DNA of 63,556 nt, counting the filler, from Hyphochytrium catenoides (Eukaryota; Protista; Hyphochytriomycota), in assembly GCA_900088475.1 (NCBI GenBank). It is 11 parts of 11 records of this genome, joined end to end, with 100 filler letters (N's around TTAATTAATTAA, not from the genome) between each part and the next. Parts side by side here need not be neighbours in the genome. Positions count along the whole stretch, not along the records: positions 22,185 to 43,587 come from FLMG01002251.1; 10 more parts are not named here. The stretch is one strand, 5' to 3'. Shown piece by piece: positions 26,239 to 38,603 of this stretch (positions within the stretch are counted from its first letter, which is position 1; every line of letters starts with the position of its first letter). The position numbers and the translations under genes were made by a program. The notes under the pieces are model-generated. The model did not search any database. It worked only from the letters and a program-made list of their open reading frames with translations, and was not told where the DNA came from.

Positions 26239-28312
26239 ACTCTCTCTCTAACTTTGTCCTTGTCGTCCCACCTGCCTTGGTCCCAATACTGGCGATCTGC
26301 CATCCCAACTATGATCTCTATCCTAGAAACATTCTGTTGCGGGACTTACATCCACTAGCGCCGAGTTCTTCTTCACTGACTTTAGCTCTTCTAGTCGTTT
26401 GATGGCTCCACTGCCGGTCACAGCCTCCTTGATCGCTGCTCCAAACACGCATCAGAGAGTAAGCAGATGACGCGGTCGGTAGGAGACCCCAAGGACACGT
26501 CTTACATTCCAATATACGACTCCCAAGGCCCGGAACCTGCTGTAGCTCTATGACGTCCTCTAAAGTCTCGACCTTCTTGTGCCAAGCTTTAAGCACCGAC
26601 GATCCACGACTGTAGGCGAGCTCGCGATTCTTATCTCCTGCCGAGAGCCCTCAAAAGGAGAAGCTGACGCCACAAGGAGTGAGACTATGAGTACCTTTGG
26701 CATAATAGATGTTAGCTATCTCATCCAGTTGCTGTGTGATGTGCTTGTTTGGATGGTTCAGCGGTGTCTCTCTTTGGCAGCAGTAAAATGGGAAATGCTG
26801 AGCGTCAGGCTTGTGGGACGCGCCCTCTCCACCGCTGATAGAACCCGTCGTATCACCGTCCTTCCCATCTATCTCTTCAGGCGGGGCGGTCAGATCGGGG
26901 AGCTCATAGGTGTCATCTAAGACCTTCTTTGCCCTCAGGCAGGCGAAGAGCCAAGGCAGAGCCACCACGTGCACGCCATTCGAAGCGTTCCGTCTCCTAA
27001 TGATCGCGCGGCTCAAACCAGCGTCGTTGCCCTTGCAGTCCTCCTCAATTCCCTTTATTGCTAGTCTTAGGATATGCAAATCGTCTATGACAATGTGAGT
27101 CAAGGGTCTTAGCGTTTCTTCAAGCTGTTGGACTCCGTCGGGCTCTTGGCAGGAGAGAGTAAGCTTAAGCTTGCAGTGGGGCGCAGCCAGATCATTGTTC
27201 GTCCTTACCATTCGCTCTCTCCTTGGCTCCACCGTCCAAGAAGATAACGGATCCTCCCTCTCTCGCTATCCGCTCCTTTAAGATCTCTGCCCTAGCTCTC
27301 GTTAGAGATGAGACAACCGCCAACCGCATACTAGAGACAGTAATTGTTAGTCAAGTGTGAGAGACCACTGCCTCTAATACAATGCATGAGTCGTTACCCA
27401 GCGAAGGTCTGTCCCTTTGCTTCCGAGAGCTCCTTCTTACGCCGCTTTGTAGGCTCAGTCCGCCTATTTGGCGATAGCTCCACGCCCTGGCGGAAGGGAC
27501 AGGTCGCGTTTGAGGATACGAAGAACCATTGAGTGATGCCAAAGCATAGAAAGAGAGGCGTACCGGCTCAAATCGTTCAGACTGCACGCTGGCGGTCTGT
27601 TTGTACACTCGAAAGAGGCAGACGCCCCTGCCCTCCACCGGGTAGAGGTAGAAGGCGTCTCCGTCCTTCAGGTGCACCGTCTGCCCCTGCCCCACATCGT
27701 CAAGACGCTCCCCATGGACCCCATCCCTCGGTCCACTGCCGTTACTTTGCAGAAGAGCGCCAGAGCTGCGGCGTACCTGAAGCACATCCCAGTGGGACGT
27801 CAGATGATGCTTTCAGGTCTTCTTTCTCACTCATTGTCTCTAGATGCAGCATCTCTCTCTTCCCTCACAGCCCGCCTTCGTCAGTCTCATCTTCTCTCTT
27901 CTTTCTTATTACCTTAGCCGGATTTCTGCCCAGGCAGGTCAGAGAGACAGAATCCTGTTCTGCCACTAACCTAACCTACATAATGCACGTAGCGAAAGGG
28001 TGCCACAAGCAAGAATGACAAGCTGAGTGACGATTGCCTCTAATGATATGCAACGGATTGGCGCACCTGCTGCTTGGAGCAGTTTTTAATGCCTGGAGAG
28101 CGGTCGCCCCACTCTATGAGGTCGGCCCTGCCGATGATTAGGCCCTGAGGTTCTTCAGAGGTAACGAAGATGGTGACAGGTTGTCCTCCAGGTGTGGGTT
28201 CCCCTGTAAAGAGCCAGACAGTTCTCCCGTCGCTACTGAGCTTCCGCTCCCCAGGTTTACGTTTCTTTGCCCAGTCCGACCGAGACTCAGAGGAGGTGGA
28301 AGACGCTCCCAT
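24514..28312 (-). CDS. X-family DNA polymerase, Pol mu/TdT-like, with N-terminal PNKP/aprataxin-type FHA and BRCT domains (more than 10 exons)
   Basis: Spliced by hand: IIGR..CSKQQ|VRLVAEQDSVSLTCLGRNPAK (FHA); FAGMRLAVV..RARAEILKERIAREGG..THIV..VALPWLFACL (BRCT); YCCQRETPLNHPN; VYGIGP; GGYCRGKTEMHDIDILMT|HPD; RRIDIV..LGWAGSKQ|FERDLRRYA..TEEDIFKFLKLKYIPRHLRHA*. Confidence 0.9.
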
Positions 28313-29217
28313 GGTCCACAGGTCCACCGTTTCCTATCCTTCAAGATGTGTCACACGCTTTTCGTGGAGAAAACTGACATTAACAGCATCAGAATATAAA
28401 GAAGCCGTCCAGCACTTGGTCTTCCGCAAGTGGTAAGCCTGACGATGCTCTCTAAAAACAGGGACAGAGCTTCATTCAGTGCCTTGGCGCCGAGTTACCT
28501 CCATCGATAGCAAACTCGCCTTGCTGGGGTTACGGACTGTATGGCAGCCAGTTAGCGCGGCTGTAGTCCTCTGCAGCGCCTTGCTTTTTCTTTCTGAAGC
28601 TCTCGCTCCTACTGATTCTGATTCATCTCCTCAGACAGTGATGCACGTTCCTTGCCTTGCAGGTCGAGCAGCCAGGCTGTATGAGAGAGGAGACAAACGA
28701 GCAGAAGCGGCCGCTGTTGACTTAAGAGAGTGCCCATCCGCCTGACCGCGGCATCGTGTTCTCTTCTTTCTTCCCGCTTGGATCTGAAGGAAGCGATCGG
28801 CGCGCCGGAGAAGCGCGAACAGCGGCGACAGTTTTCTCTGATTCTTTCTGTCGGTTAGCGGCACCACCTCTCTGGCCTCCTCCAGGACATTGTCTTGCTA
28901 CAGTACTTGTCTCTGAAGATACTTGCTTCATAAGTATTCATACTTAGACTGGTACCTATCAGCATAGAGACATACAGCTCTTTCGTATTCATGGACCTAC
29001 TGTATAAGTAGCGTAAAAGAGGTACAAATTACCTTACTTGTACGAGTACCTGCTCCTCAGCTCCTAGTACAACCGTCACTAGCTGTCACGAACAGGATAC
29101 AGTACTACAACAACAAACAGACCCAGTCCTGTCTGCAATGCGGTTTCCACCTGTCCTGCAGCCCTTGAGGATTTTGTTAGAGCAATTCTTAGAGGGAATA
29201 GTTCTATGTCCCACAAA

Positions 29218-29250
<33 letters not shown>

Positions 29251-29299
29251 NNNNNNNNNNNNNNNNNNNNNNNNNNNNNNNNNNNNNNNNNNCTCTGTC

Positions 29300-29333
<34 letters not shown>

Positions 29334-29683
29334 CTCCATTGCTGCCATGACTGCTCGACATTGAGACGCGTGCTGAGTCCAGCGCTTGCCCTCCTTCGTC
29401 CTCCTCGGTCTTATAGCCTCATCGATCTTCATACGGCAGAGCTCTGGACTCTGGAGCAAGGATAGTACACTGGCAGGACAGGGGTAGGAGGAAGAGGAAG
29501 GAGGAACGAAGGCCTCGAGCAGCAGAGGCTGGGAGCAAGGGACAACGGGGCTCGGAACCTCGAGGGACACGGTGATCCCGGTCTTTGGTCTATTCTACGA
29601 GGTTCTCTTTGTATCGCTATCTCCTTTCAAGTACTCTAGCGCTACTAAGCTCACTCTTGCTTGCGCATTCAGTGCGCCTACAG

Positions 29684-29730
<47 letters not shown>

Positions 29731-29881
29731 CTCTCTCTCTCTTGTCTCCTACCACTCTGAAGAGATCTCTCTTCTCCGCGCTCCCACTCTTCTAGTAGAG
29801 GGACGCAAGTAGGGCAAGCTTCTTTGCTATATAGAAAAAGACTGAGAGCCTCGGATGTAGGCGGCGATATCTAATGCGACT

Positions 29882-31894
29882 GTGATGGTAAGGCGAAGAA
29901 TGGAGGAACGAGAGACAGTGGAAGGAGAAGGCGGCGACCAGCTGACTCCAACTGCCAAAGAGCAGGGCAAACAACATCCCGAACCGGCTGCTGATAGTGG
30001 TAGGAGAAAGAGAATCAAGGAGGACAGGGAGCAGGACGATGAAGAACTGAGGACAATAGCCAAGACGAACAGAACCTCCACGCAGAACACTAGGAAGAGA
30101 AGGCACTTTCCAGATATAGAGGCAAAGCCGTGGAAAGCTCTGGAATGCAGTCTCCCGGACTGCAACAATTGCCCTGCAGGTCCTTCTGAGCCTCTCCTCT
30201 GTAGGAAGCATGGTGGCAAGCGCTTAAGAATCCGACGTTGCACCTTTCCCGGCTGCCAGAAGAAGGACACGCTAAAAGGACTATGTGTCGGTCACGGCGC
30301 GAAGCCACCGCGCTGCAAGTTCCCTGGCTGTAAGCGAGGGCAGGTCGGTAATAAACTCTGTGTTAATCACGGGGCCGAGACTCCCATCAAGCCGCTTTGT
30401 AGTGTGACCGGCTGTCCCACTCGTGCCCAAGCGCAGGGCCTATGCTGTCGACATGGGGCAGAAGTTCCCCGCTGTCGTGTAGAACAGTGTTCGAAGGCCG
30501 CGCAAGCAGGTGGCGTATGCTATAGTCACAGGATGTTCAAGCCCCCCAAGTGCCCTGTAGAAGACTGCCCCCGATTCGTAGTGAAGGATGGCCTGTGTCG
30601 GCCCCATGGGTCGCTGACCTCGAACAGAACGAAGCGCGCGACGAGAAAGATTCGGCCCGTCTCTTCCCAACCACCACCTCTTTCTTCTGCTAGCAGTACT
30701 CTTACCACGCCTTCTACTTCGGCTCTCTCTCGTCGGAGTCAATCGTCGCCTTCGGCTACGACTGGTCCTACAACCCATCCCTCGTCTTCTCCATCTTACG
30801 CCCAATCGGGCCTCTCTTCTTCTCAACATACTTCCCTTCCCTCTCCGCCCACCGCCTCTTCTGCCTGCCCTCCTCCACTAGAGGTGGTTCCCATTTCTTC
30901 AATGGTGCCAACCAACGTGGCGTCGCGTAGTTCCAGTGGGAGGATGAGGAAGAAGGAGGTTAAGAACCGCCGCGACGGTATTGCAACCGACGGCAAATCT
31001 TCTGTTAGGCCCAGAGCAGAATCTGATAGTTTGGAGCAGAAGGTGCAGACAGATGCTCAAGCTCGCTCAAGCCTACGGCAAGAAGCTAAGGAGACAGTAG
31101 AAGCAAACGGAAGACGGTCAGAGGGCGATAACAGTAGAGACCCGGCTAGAAGTGTGACCCTAAGCCAACAGAGAGTAAACCAAGAAACTGAGAAGGAAGA
31201 AGGAGAAATTTCTGAGGAGAGACCCAGACCTGCAAGACCAAAGCGCCATTGGACCTCGAAGAGTCAGGCAAAAGGCAGTCGGCAAAGGCTCATTCTGTCA
31301 GCTCAACGCCGTTCTGCACCTCTTTCTCCTCGTGTACCTCCCCAGCAGCCGCAGCGTCCTTCGTGTCAGCCTGTCCGAAGATCTGCGCCACTGGACAGTG
31401 ATGATGAAGATTGGGTTTTCTTCTCTTCCAAGGTCAAAGATCCCAAGGTCAAAGAGGAATCTTTTGCCGGCGGCCTTCCTCCTCTGCCATCTTCACCTCC
31501 TCCTCCTTCCTATCATCATCCACCTCTTCCGTCATCTCCCAATTCTTCGTCTCCTCCTCCTCTTCCTAGCTGTCCTCCTCCACCTAGTCCACCTCCTTCT
31601 CCTTCCCCTCCTCCTCCACCTCTTCCGTCTTCTCCTTCTCCCATTCCTTCTTCCCTTGTTCCGCTTCCTCCTTCTCCTCCTCCTCCGCTACCATGTTCTC
31701 CTGCTCCACCTCCACCGTCTCCTGGTTTACCTGCCTCGCCCGCAGCAGCAGGAGAGAAACTAGTAAACAGCACAGAGTTCATGGGCAAGAGATCCACAGA
31801 CCAGCACAAGCCAGATGGAAAACCTAAGAAGCGAGCTATTTCTTCTATAGAGGCTGGCCTGTGGCCCGATATGTATCACTTAGTAGGGACTTAA
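29882..31894 (+). CDS. WRKY19-like zinc-finger repeat protein with Ser-rich and poly-Pro C-terminal region, 670 aa
   Basis: About six C-x4-C...C-x2-HG repeats (CTFPGCQKKDTLKGLCVGHG, CSVTGCPTRAQAQGLCCRHG...); 2 kb uninterrupted ORF. Confidence 0.8.
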   Translation: MMVRRRMEERETVEGEGGDQLTPTAKEQGKQHPEPAADSGRRKRIKEDREQDDEELRTIAKTNRTSTQNTRKRRHFPDIEAKPWKALECSLPDCNNCPAGPSEPLLCRKHGGKRLRIRRCTFPGCQKKDTLKGLCVGHGAKPPRCKFPGCKRGQVGNKLCVNHGAETPIKPLCSVTGCPTRAQAQGLCCRHGAEVPRCRVEQCSKAAQAGGVCYSHRMFKPPKCPVEDCPRFVVKDGLCRPHGSLTSNRTKRATRKIRPVSSQPPPLSSASSTLTTPSTSALSRRSQSSPSATTGPTTHPSSSPSYAQSGLSSSQHTSLPSPPTASSACPPPLEVVPISSMVPTNVASRSSSGRMRKKEVKNRRDGIATDGKSSVRPRAESDSLEQKVQTDAQARSSLRQEAKETVEANGRRSEGDNSRDPARSVTLSQQRVNQETEKEEGEISEERPRPARPKRHWTSKSQAKGSRQRLILSAQRRSAPLSPRVPPQQPQRPSCQPVRRSAPLDSDDEDWVFFSSKVKDPKVKEESFAGGLPPLPSSPPPPSYHHPPLPSSPNSSSPPPLPSCPPPPSPPPSPSPPPPPLPSSPSPIPSSLVPLPPSPPPPLPCSPAPPPPSPGLPASPAAAGEKLVNSTEFMGKRSTDQHKPDGKPKKRAISSIEAGLWPDMYHLVGT

Positions 31895-34800
31895 CAGGCT
31901 GTAGAGGCCACCCAGCGGGTCCTCTTTTTAAGTCTTTCTTTCTCAACTATCGTGCTCTTCCAGAACGGTCTGATATTACTGCCATCCATATACTTCTGCG
32001 TCCCCTGGCGCCTCTTCTTTCTGTCTCGAGCATGTGAAGCTTTTGTTAGTCCTGAGAGAGAGTCTTTCTTTATAATTTATATGCGGTCTTCACCGTGTGC
32101 TCATACTCCTCAGGGCCTCAGGGTACCGGCGGTAGAAGCTCTATGTATCTATAAATATCTATCGCCCTCAAAGTCTGACACCGTCCTTGTCTCACTATGT
32201 AACTAGCAAAAGCCATCATACCTCGATTGACCCATGGCTACACCTATTCATTACATCGCCTCTAGTAGAGTGAGACCTCACATGCAATGCTCTGTGTCTT
32301 GATGCCATCACAAATCAATATACCTGCCTCACTCTCTCCCAGTCCGCTGACACTCACCCTATTATAGAGGTAGATGGAGGGAGGGCTGATTCATCCCTTC
32401 CTCTCTTGCAGCTTTGTTACTATCAGAAGAATCATATCTCGGTTGACCCATGGCCATACCTTCACTTAGCCTCTAGTAAGATGAGTCTGAGTGAGTCCAA
32501 CTTGCCCTGTCACATCTAGGTCCAGCAAATATCTGGCATGATTGTTGATAGCCAGATCGTTGACATAGCCTCATTCACTTAGTCATGCTCAACCGGTTCG
32601 TTGCTTGCTGCGATCCTTACTCCTGTTCTGTTCTAATTGCTGGACTGTCCGTGACTTTATGGATTTGGCGCTGGCTTGGTCATCAAAAATTAGAACATTG
32701 CGCTCAGTGAACAGTGTTGGACAGTTGGAAACTGTCGCTGAGCTGTACAGGGATGGGAGGAAGGATGGACCGTAGATGGGATCACATATCCTCCTCTACG
32801 TGTCCTTGAGAAGGATAACTCCTGGAGATCCAACACTGTTGGAATCAAAAACCAAGTTGCTCTCCGGATGGTCGTTTTGAAAGCTGTCCAGGAGAGGGCG
32901 GCCGCTATGGAAAAGATCAACCAAGCCAGCGCTTGTCTGCGCCTCAAGACCTTCAACGTAGCCATAGGACAGCTTTAGAAACGACCATCCAAAGAGCTAT
33001 TTGGTCTTTGATACCAGTCTTGTTCACCTCTCCACGACTTATTTATCTGAAGGACAGGTCGTAGGGAGGATCATATGTGATCCCATCTACAGTTCATCCA
33101 TCTCCCATTCCCTGTACACGTCAGCAATAGATTCCAACTGTCCAATCTGATAGCAGTTCCAGAGGAGCTTCTTCTCTTTTTTGATGATTCACTCTCCTGA
33201 GGAACGAATGGAGGTAAAGGGATGTCCCCAGTTGCCCTTGATGAACCGCCCTGGGTCCCCGCCCTCAAGCAAGAGCTCTGACTTGGTCGGTCAAGCTCCG
33301 TAAAGGGACAAGATGAGGATGTAGGCCGACCTGAGAATGCAAGCTAATCGCGTCAACGAGAGCTCTGCTTCTTCGACTGCTTCTACTAACCCACCCATGC
33401 CATTCCTTACTATCAAACCTTGGATGCTGAAGACGATCTGATCCTGACGGTCAAGCGTATGATGGTCGCTTAGCCTGTAGTTTATCGGCGCTGCAGAGAG
33501 TGAGGAGAAAGAGATGTGTGTGCTAGTGAGAAGTGGTTGGCAGTAGAAGGGAGATGATGAAGCTAAATGGGACAGTCACTCTCGGTATAACCCGATGTAC
33601 TACAGGCTAAGGGACCATCAAGCTAAATGGGACAGGCAGCGGCGTGTCAGCCTAGTCATCAAGCAGAGCATCACTTGCACAGTGTTATCGTCAGCTCTAT
33701 GCCACCTTGTAACGTCGCTGCCTGTTGCCGTCTTCATCAATGGTCATTGAATGTTCTAGTCGTCCTTTTCTTTCCAACGCGTTTCGGCTTTGACTACTGA
33801 AGTGAGAAGTGAAGCCGGCAGGTGGAGTCTCCCTTCTGTTGTTCTTGGGTTAGAGAGGACGGATGGATCAATGCCACATGGCGTGCAAGTTCTTGGATAT
33901 TTGAAGAGTGGCGCTAATGAGCAACCGGTCGTGCCCTGCCACTCTTTCAGTCTCTTGCTTCTTCTCTTAGTACTCGGTGTGTCCAATCTTCATCAGCACG
34001 GAGCTTTTGCTCATTTAGAACTTTATAACCTTCTTCTGGTGGCTCAGGAACGTCGGCGCTTCGGCCCTTTATTTCTCTGCTAGCCGACAACTATTCAGCC
34101 AACCTCTGGTGGTCCTGCTGAGTCTTGTTCTCTCTTTTGGCGCGGTGTTCGGCTGGAGCATGGAATTGCGCTCATATTTAATCTTAGTCTACCTAAGAAC
34201 TACCAGAGCGTGCAGCGATGTGGTCTATCATCGATTTGAAGCGTCTTTGATTGTTATCCTTGCTTCATTGATAAAGAAGTCGATCCGAAAGCCGGAGTCC
34301 CGTCGGAGTCTACTCCGGCAAGTGCCTTCATCTCCTTCTCCTTCTTTCCTCTACCGGATGGTGCAGGTAGACCTGGAATATGCTCGACCGGGCTCTGCTA
34401 GCTGCTCTGCTTTCAAACATAAGATATTGGGAGAGACGGTGTCCATTGATTGGGATTCTTAGCTATTTGAGATGTCTGACTAACCACTGACCAGGCTGCC
34501 GACCTTACCCAGCGTTTGCCCAGAATCCCATGCTACAGATCAGAGTTAGCAGATAGCACGGAAGGAGCCTAAGAACGGTAGTCTCAGACTTCACATACAG
34601 AAAGAGTTCCTATGCCTTGACACTGTGAGAAAGAGAATGCAGTGTCAGTAGCAACTCGGGACAGTAATTGCTCCAGCAAGGGCCGTGGCGCCATCTAAGT
34701 GGGAAGTGTGAACCAGATATTCGTAGTACTCTGAAGGGCCGGGAAGCCCATCATGTGCTTGGATGAGTAAGAAGTAGTAGAACGACCTTGAGTACCAGTC

Positions 34801-37800
34801 CAAGGCTACGGAACAGGAACTACTCCGAATCTTTTTCAGGCTCTGACTCTACATGCCTGGAATCTCCTTCGCGAATCACGAAGAAAATGCGCTACAAACT
34901 GAATCGTATTCCTGTTCAGCAGTTGGACCGCGCTCTAGCTTGCAGGGTTGAGCGCGATGATGGAGCTCTCTTCGCCACGCCCTCATCGTCTTCTCCTTCT
35001 CCGTCTCCTATCGTCTCGCCGAAGAGCAACTAAGAATTGTTCTTCCTTTTATGATATTAGTGCTGGGGGAGGAGAACGTGTTGAAGAGTCCAAGTCTCTG
35101 TAGCTCTCGCGTCCTCTTCAATTTCTGCTTCTTCTTCCTCTTCTTCTCCTTCCTCTTCTTCTTCCCCTTTTCTTCTCCTCCTTCTTCCTCTCCTTCTTCT
35201 CCTCCTCGTTCTTCTTCTTCCTCCTTTACTTCTTCTTCTTAGCTAGCTAGCTAAAAGAATCCTAAATCGAAGCAAGGCATCTTCTAGTACGTCCTTCTTC
35301 ATACTCGAGTAGTAGCAGGACAGTCAACCGAAAAAGTCAACCGAAGGAACCATCATCCTTCAAAACTGATTCCAGTTGATTGCAGGCCAAACAAAAAGCT
35401 GCGTGGAGACTGTTGAGTTAGTTCAATAACATGTACCACACAGCGGGACAAACAAAGTGATCTCCGTCATTGTTGCTCTTGTTGTCAAGACGCCCAAGCC
35501 TCGCAACTTATCATCATCGAGGGACGGTACTGCTCTCGTCCACTCTCTGCAGGTGCAGCCCATCTATTGCTCTATTGTACTCTATAAGGTGGACACGAAA
35601 CCTCCTCGTGGTGCTGACCAGAAGAAACAAATAACAGGATCTCGGCGACGACAAGAATTGCGGCCAGTTAGCCTTACAGCTCTTTCTCTCTCTAGCCTTC
35701 TTCACACATCTACGATGGAGCTTATCTTATCATCATGCATAGAACAGCTACGTCGCTGCGCATAATAAAGTGTCACACACATCATCATTATTCACAACTT
35801 AGGTTCCTTTTGTGTCTCTCTTCCTCCCCTTCTTCTACCTTCTTAGCCTTTATCTAGGAGGCTCTGCTAGGTCTCTCCCTCTCCATTATTTTGCAGTGAT
35901 GAGAGAGAAGGGAACGATACTACTAGGGAAAGAGAGATCACCGATAGAGAAAATGAGTTGAAAAGTGTCATTAGGCACTCATTAACCCTTGTATTAAGGG
36001 AAAAAAGAAGCCAAAGAAGATGATTGAGTTCTTCAAGAGGAAAGGAAAAAGAAAAATGAAAAGGGCGAGTCAACATAGAAAAGATAGAAGAGACAGGAAG
36101 ACAGAGAGATAGGCAGGAAAAAAGAGAAAGAGAAAAGTGATTGAGAAGCACGCACCGAACAAAAGCTCTCCAACGCTTATGAACATCGGTTGGGGAGACC
36201 ATAGAAGTTGCACTTTATAATCGCTGTCATCCCATGGATCTCCCAAGAGATTTCCGCTGCTCGTCTCCTATTAAGAATTCCACTTCTTGGTTCTTCTTCT
36301 CTTTCTTGTCTCTTTGTCCGGTCTCCTCTTCCTTGTTTCTCCCTTGTCTCTCTTGCTTTTTTCTGTTCTCTTCTTCCCTACCTCTTATCTATCTTGTCCA
36401 TCCTCTTTTCTGTTCTCTCTAAATGTTCTTCTTTCTCCAGTCTCCTCTTGCTTCTTATGTCCTCTATGTTTTTTCTCTCTCTCTCTCTCGTTTTATGTTC
36501 TACTGGTAATGTGTACAGGGAAACAGTTGAGTCCTCCAACACTTTGTATCTCTTGCCCTTTCTTCTTTTTTTTTCTCTTTCTTTTTAGTTTCCTTCTCTT
36601 CGATCAAGGCCCTGCTAAAAACGCTTACTACTACTCAGAATGACAAAAGGAAGAAGGAAGAGGGAAGAACAATAAGTAGAAGAAGAGGAAGAAGAAGAGA
36701 CAAGTAAGAGCTACAAGGTGTTGCTCTCTTCAGCTCGTTCTCCTCCACCTCCAACAACCAGAATGAGAAACGGAAGAAGGAAGAGGGAAGGAGAAGAAGA
36801 GGAAGAGGAGACAAGAGCTACAAGGTGTTGCTCTCTTCAGCTCGTTCTTGGTCCACCTCCACCCTTGTTATCGGTAAAGGAAGAGTCGTAGTTGAACTCC
36901 TAGCAATAACTAGGCAGGAAGAAGAGGAGAAGGAAGAGGGAAAGACCTAGCGCCGAGAACAGCATTCATCATCACACTCTACCAGGCAGGCACGCTAGAG
37001 TCGGAGTCCAACAGCTGAAGAAGAGTAATGCGCTTCTTTAGAATCTGTAGCGCGATCTCTTCATTGATGTCGAAAGAGACTCTTTTCTTCTTCTCCATAA
37101 TCCGGCAGACAAAAGGACATAGAGTAACCGGGGTCACTGATGAATATTATAGCTTACGCCTATGCCGCCGGTTCAGCTTTCAGCCTTCTTTCCTCCCTTT
37201 CCTCTTCCAAGTCATCCACCACGTCGTCACCTATAAAGCTTTAAGAAAGGCCCAGTGCCTCATAATAGAAAGCGCAGTAAAAGCATCATAAATTTATCAG
37301 ACCTTCACATCTAAGGGAGTGCTTGGCCCCTGCTGCTTAGCCTTTGTCTTAAGATCTTCCTAATATAATGATAGTGTAGTTACTTCGTGGACTACTGACA
37401 TGCTTCTTTTTGCTTTCTCCGCTCTTGGCTGTGCTGGCGAAGAAAAACGCGGGGCTTCCTCCTTTCTTAAAAATTCTTCTTGCTAATTTAAGGCATTGGA
37501 CTTTTGCTTCTATAACCTCCTCCTCACTGTTAACAACCGTTATAAGCTTAGTATCCAAGGAACAAGAAAGGAAAAACTCGTGGAGAGGTAACCCCAGCTC
37601 TACAAGATCATCATATCCTCATCTATTTTCTTTATTGGTAGTTCAACAGAAAGAAAAACTAATGAAGGAGCGAGCGCTGCCTCGCTGATTCTATGATTGA
37701 GTCTTCAATAGCATCAAAGTCTCAAACCTGTTCTCTCTGTCTCCAAATAAGAGTGCACTCCAAGCATAAATAACGGACATCATTATTCCCATCCACGCGG

Positions 37801-37819
37801 CAGGGGCCTGAGCCCTTCC

Positions 37820-38356
37820 TTAGTTAGCCTCGACCACAATCCTGGTTCTGTGTTCCAGCACGAACATGCTCCCTCCGCTTTCCGCCGTGTCGGAGTAGAA
37901 AAAAGGGGTGTTTTCTAGAGGATCATCCTTGTTGACGCATTGGAATCCAGGGTAAGTCGCGCTTGTCTGGTTAAAGCCCAGGATAATGCGGTGCTGCTCG
38001 TCTCTCCAACCCTGGGGGAAGGTATCACCTGAGAGGTCGCACATGTTGAAATCCGGACCATAGTGCGCGCAGTGATAGATCCCAGTGATGTTAGGGAAAA
38101 CAGCTTCGAAGAACATAGGGACGCGGCGCCCCTCCAGATCTGCGATTGTACGTGGGGCTGGAGTTTTATTGACGGCCATAAGGATTTGCGTGGGTCCGGC
38201 CAGGGTCTGGATGGTGATTAGCCCATCATCGGGAGAGTCAGCGACGGAAGCAGATACCACGATCTCTGTTTCCTCTTGAGCAGCGGTGACGGAAGAGGAA
38301 GAGAGAACGGCACCGATGAAAAGAAGGGACGTCAGTGCATAGCGAAGAAAAGCCAT
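37820..38356 (-). CDS. Putative secreted protein, 178 aa, function unknown
   Basis: Signal-peptide-like N-terminus MAFLRYALTSLLFIGAVLSSSSVTAA; normal-complexity ORF with N-glycosylation sequons (NKT, NIT, NQT). Confidence 0.7.
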   Translation of the reverse strand: MAFLRYALTSLLFIGAVLSSSSVTAAQEETEIVVSASVADSPDDGLITIQTLAGPTQILMAVNKTPAPRTIADLEGRRVPMFFEAVFPNITGIYHCAHYGPDFNMCDLSGDTFPQGWRDEQHRIILGFNQTSATYPGFQCVNKDDPLENTPFFYSDTAESGGSMFVLEHRTRIVVEAN

Positions 38357-38555
38357 GGTTCTCTTCTCTTGGAGCTGTGTTTCTTCTTGTTGTCTAGTGT
38401 GACCAAAACCAAGGTAAAGGAGAGAGAGAGATAGAAAATTTGCGCGGTCGGAGTTTTTTCTGTTTCCTGTCCTGCTTCTTCTTCCTCCTTAGTAGGCCCT
38501 GACGAGTGACTGGGAAGTTGGAGAATGAAATGACAGAAGAGGGAGATGGCAGCTA

Positions 38556-38603
<48 letters not shown>

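Noticed and set aside
32221-32582. Short spaced direct repeats (gttgacccatggc..., also pairs near 33560/33620 and 51774/51848) as a CRISPR-like array
   Set aside because: Only two or three diverged copies with irregular spacing, no cas genes, eukaryotic context.
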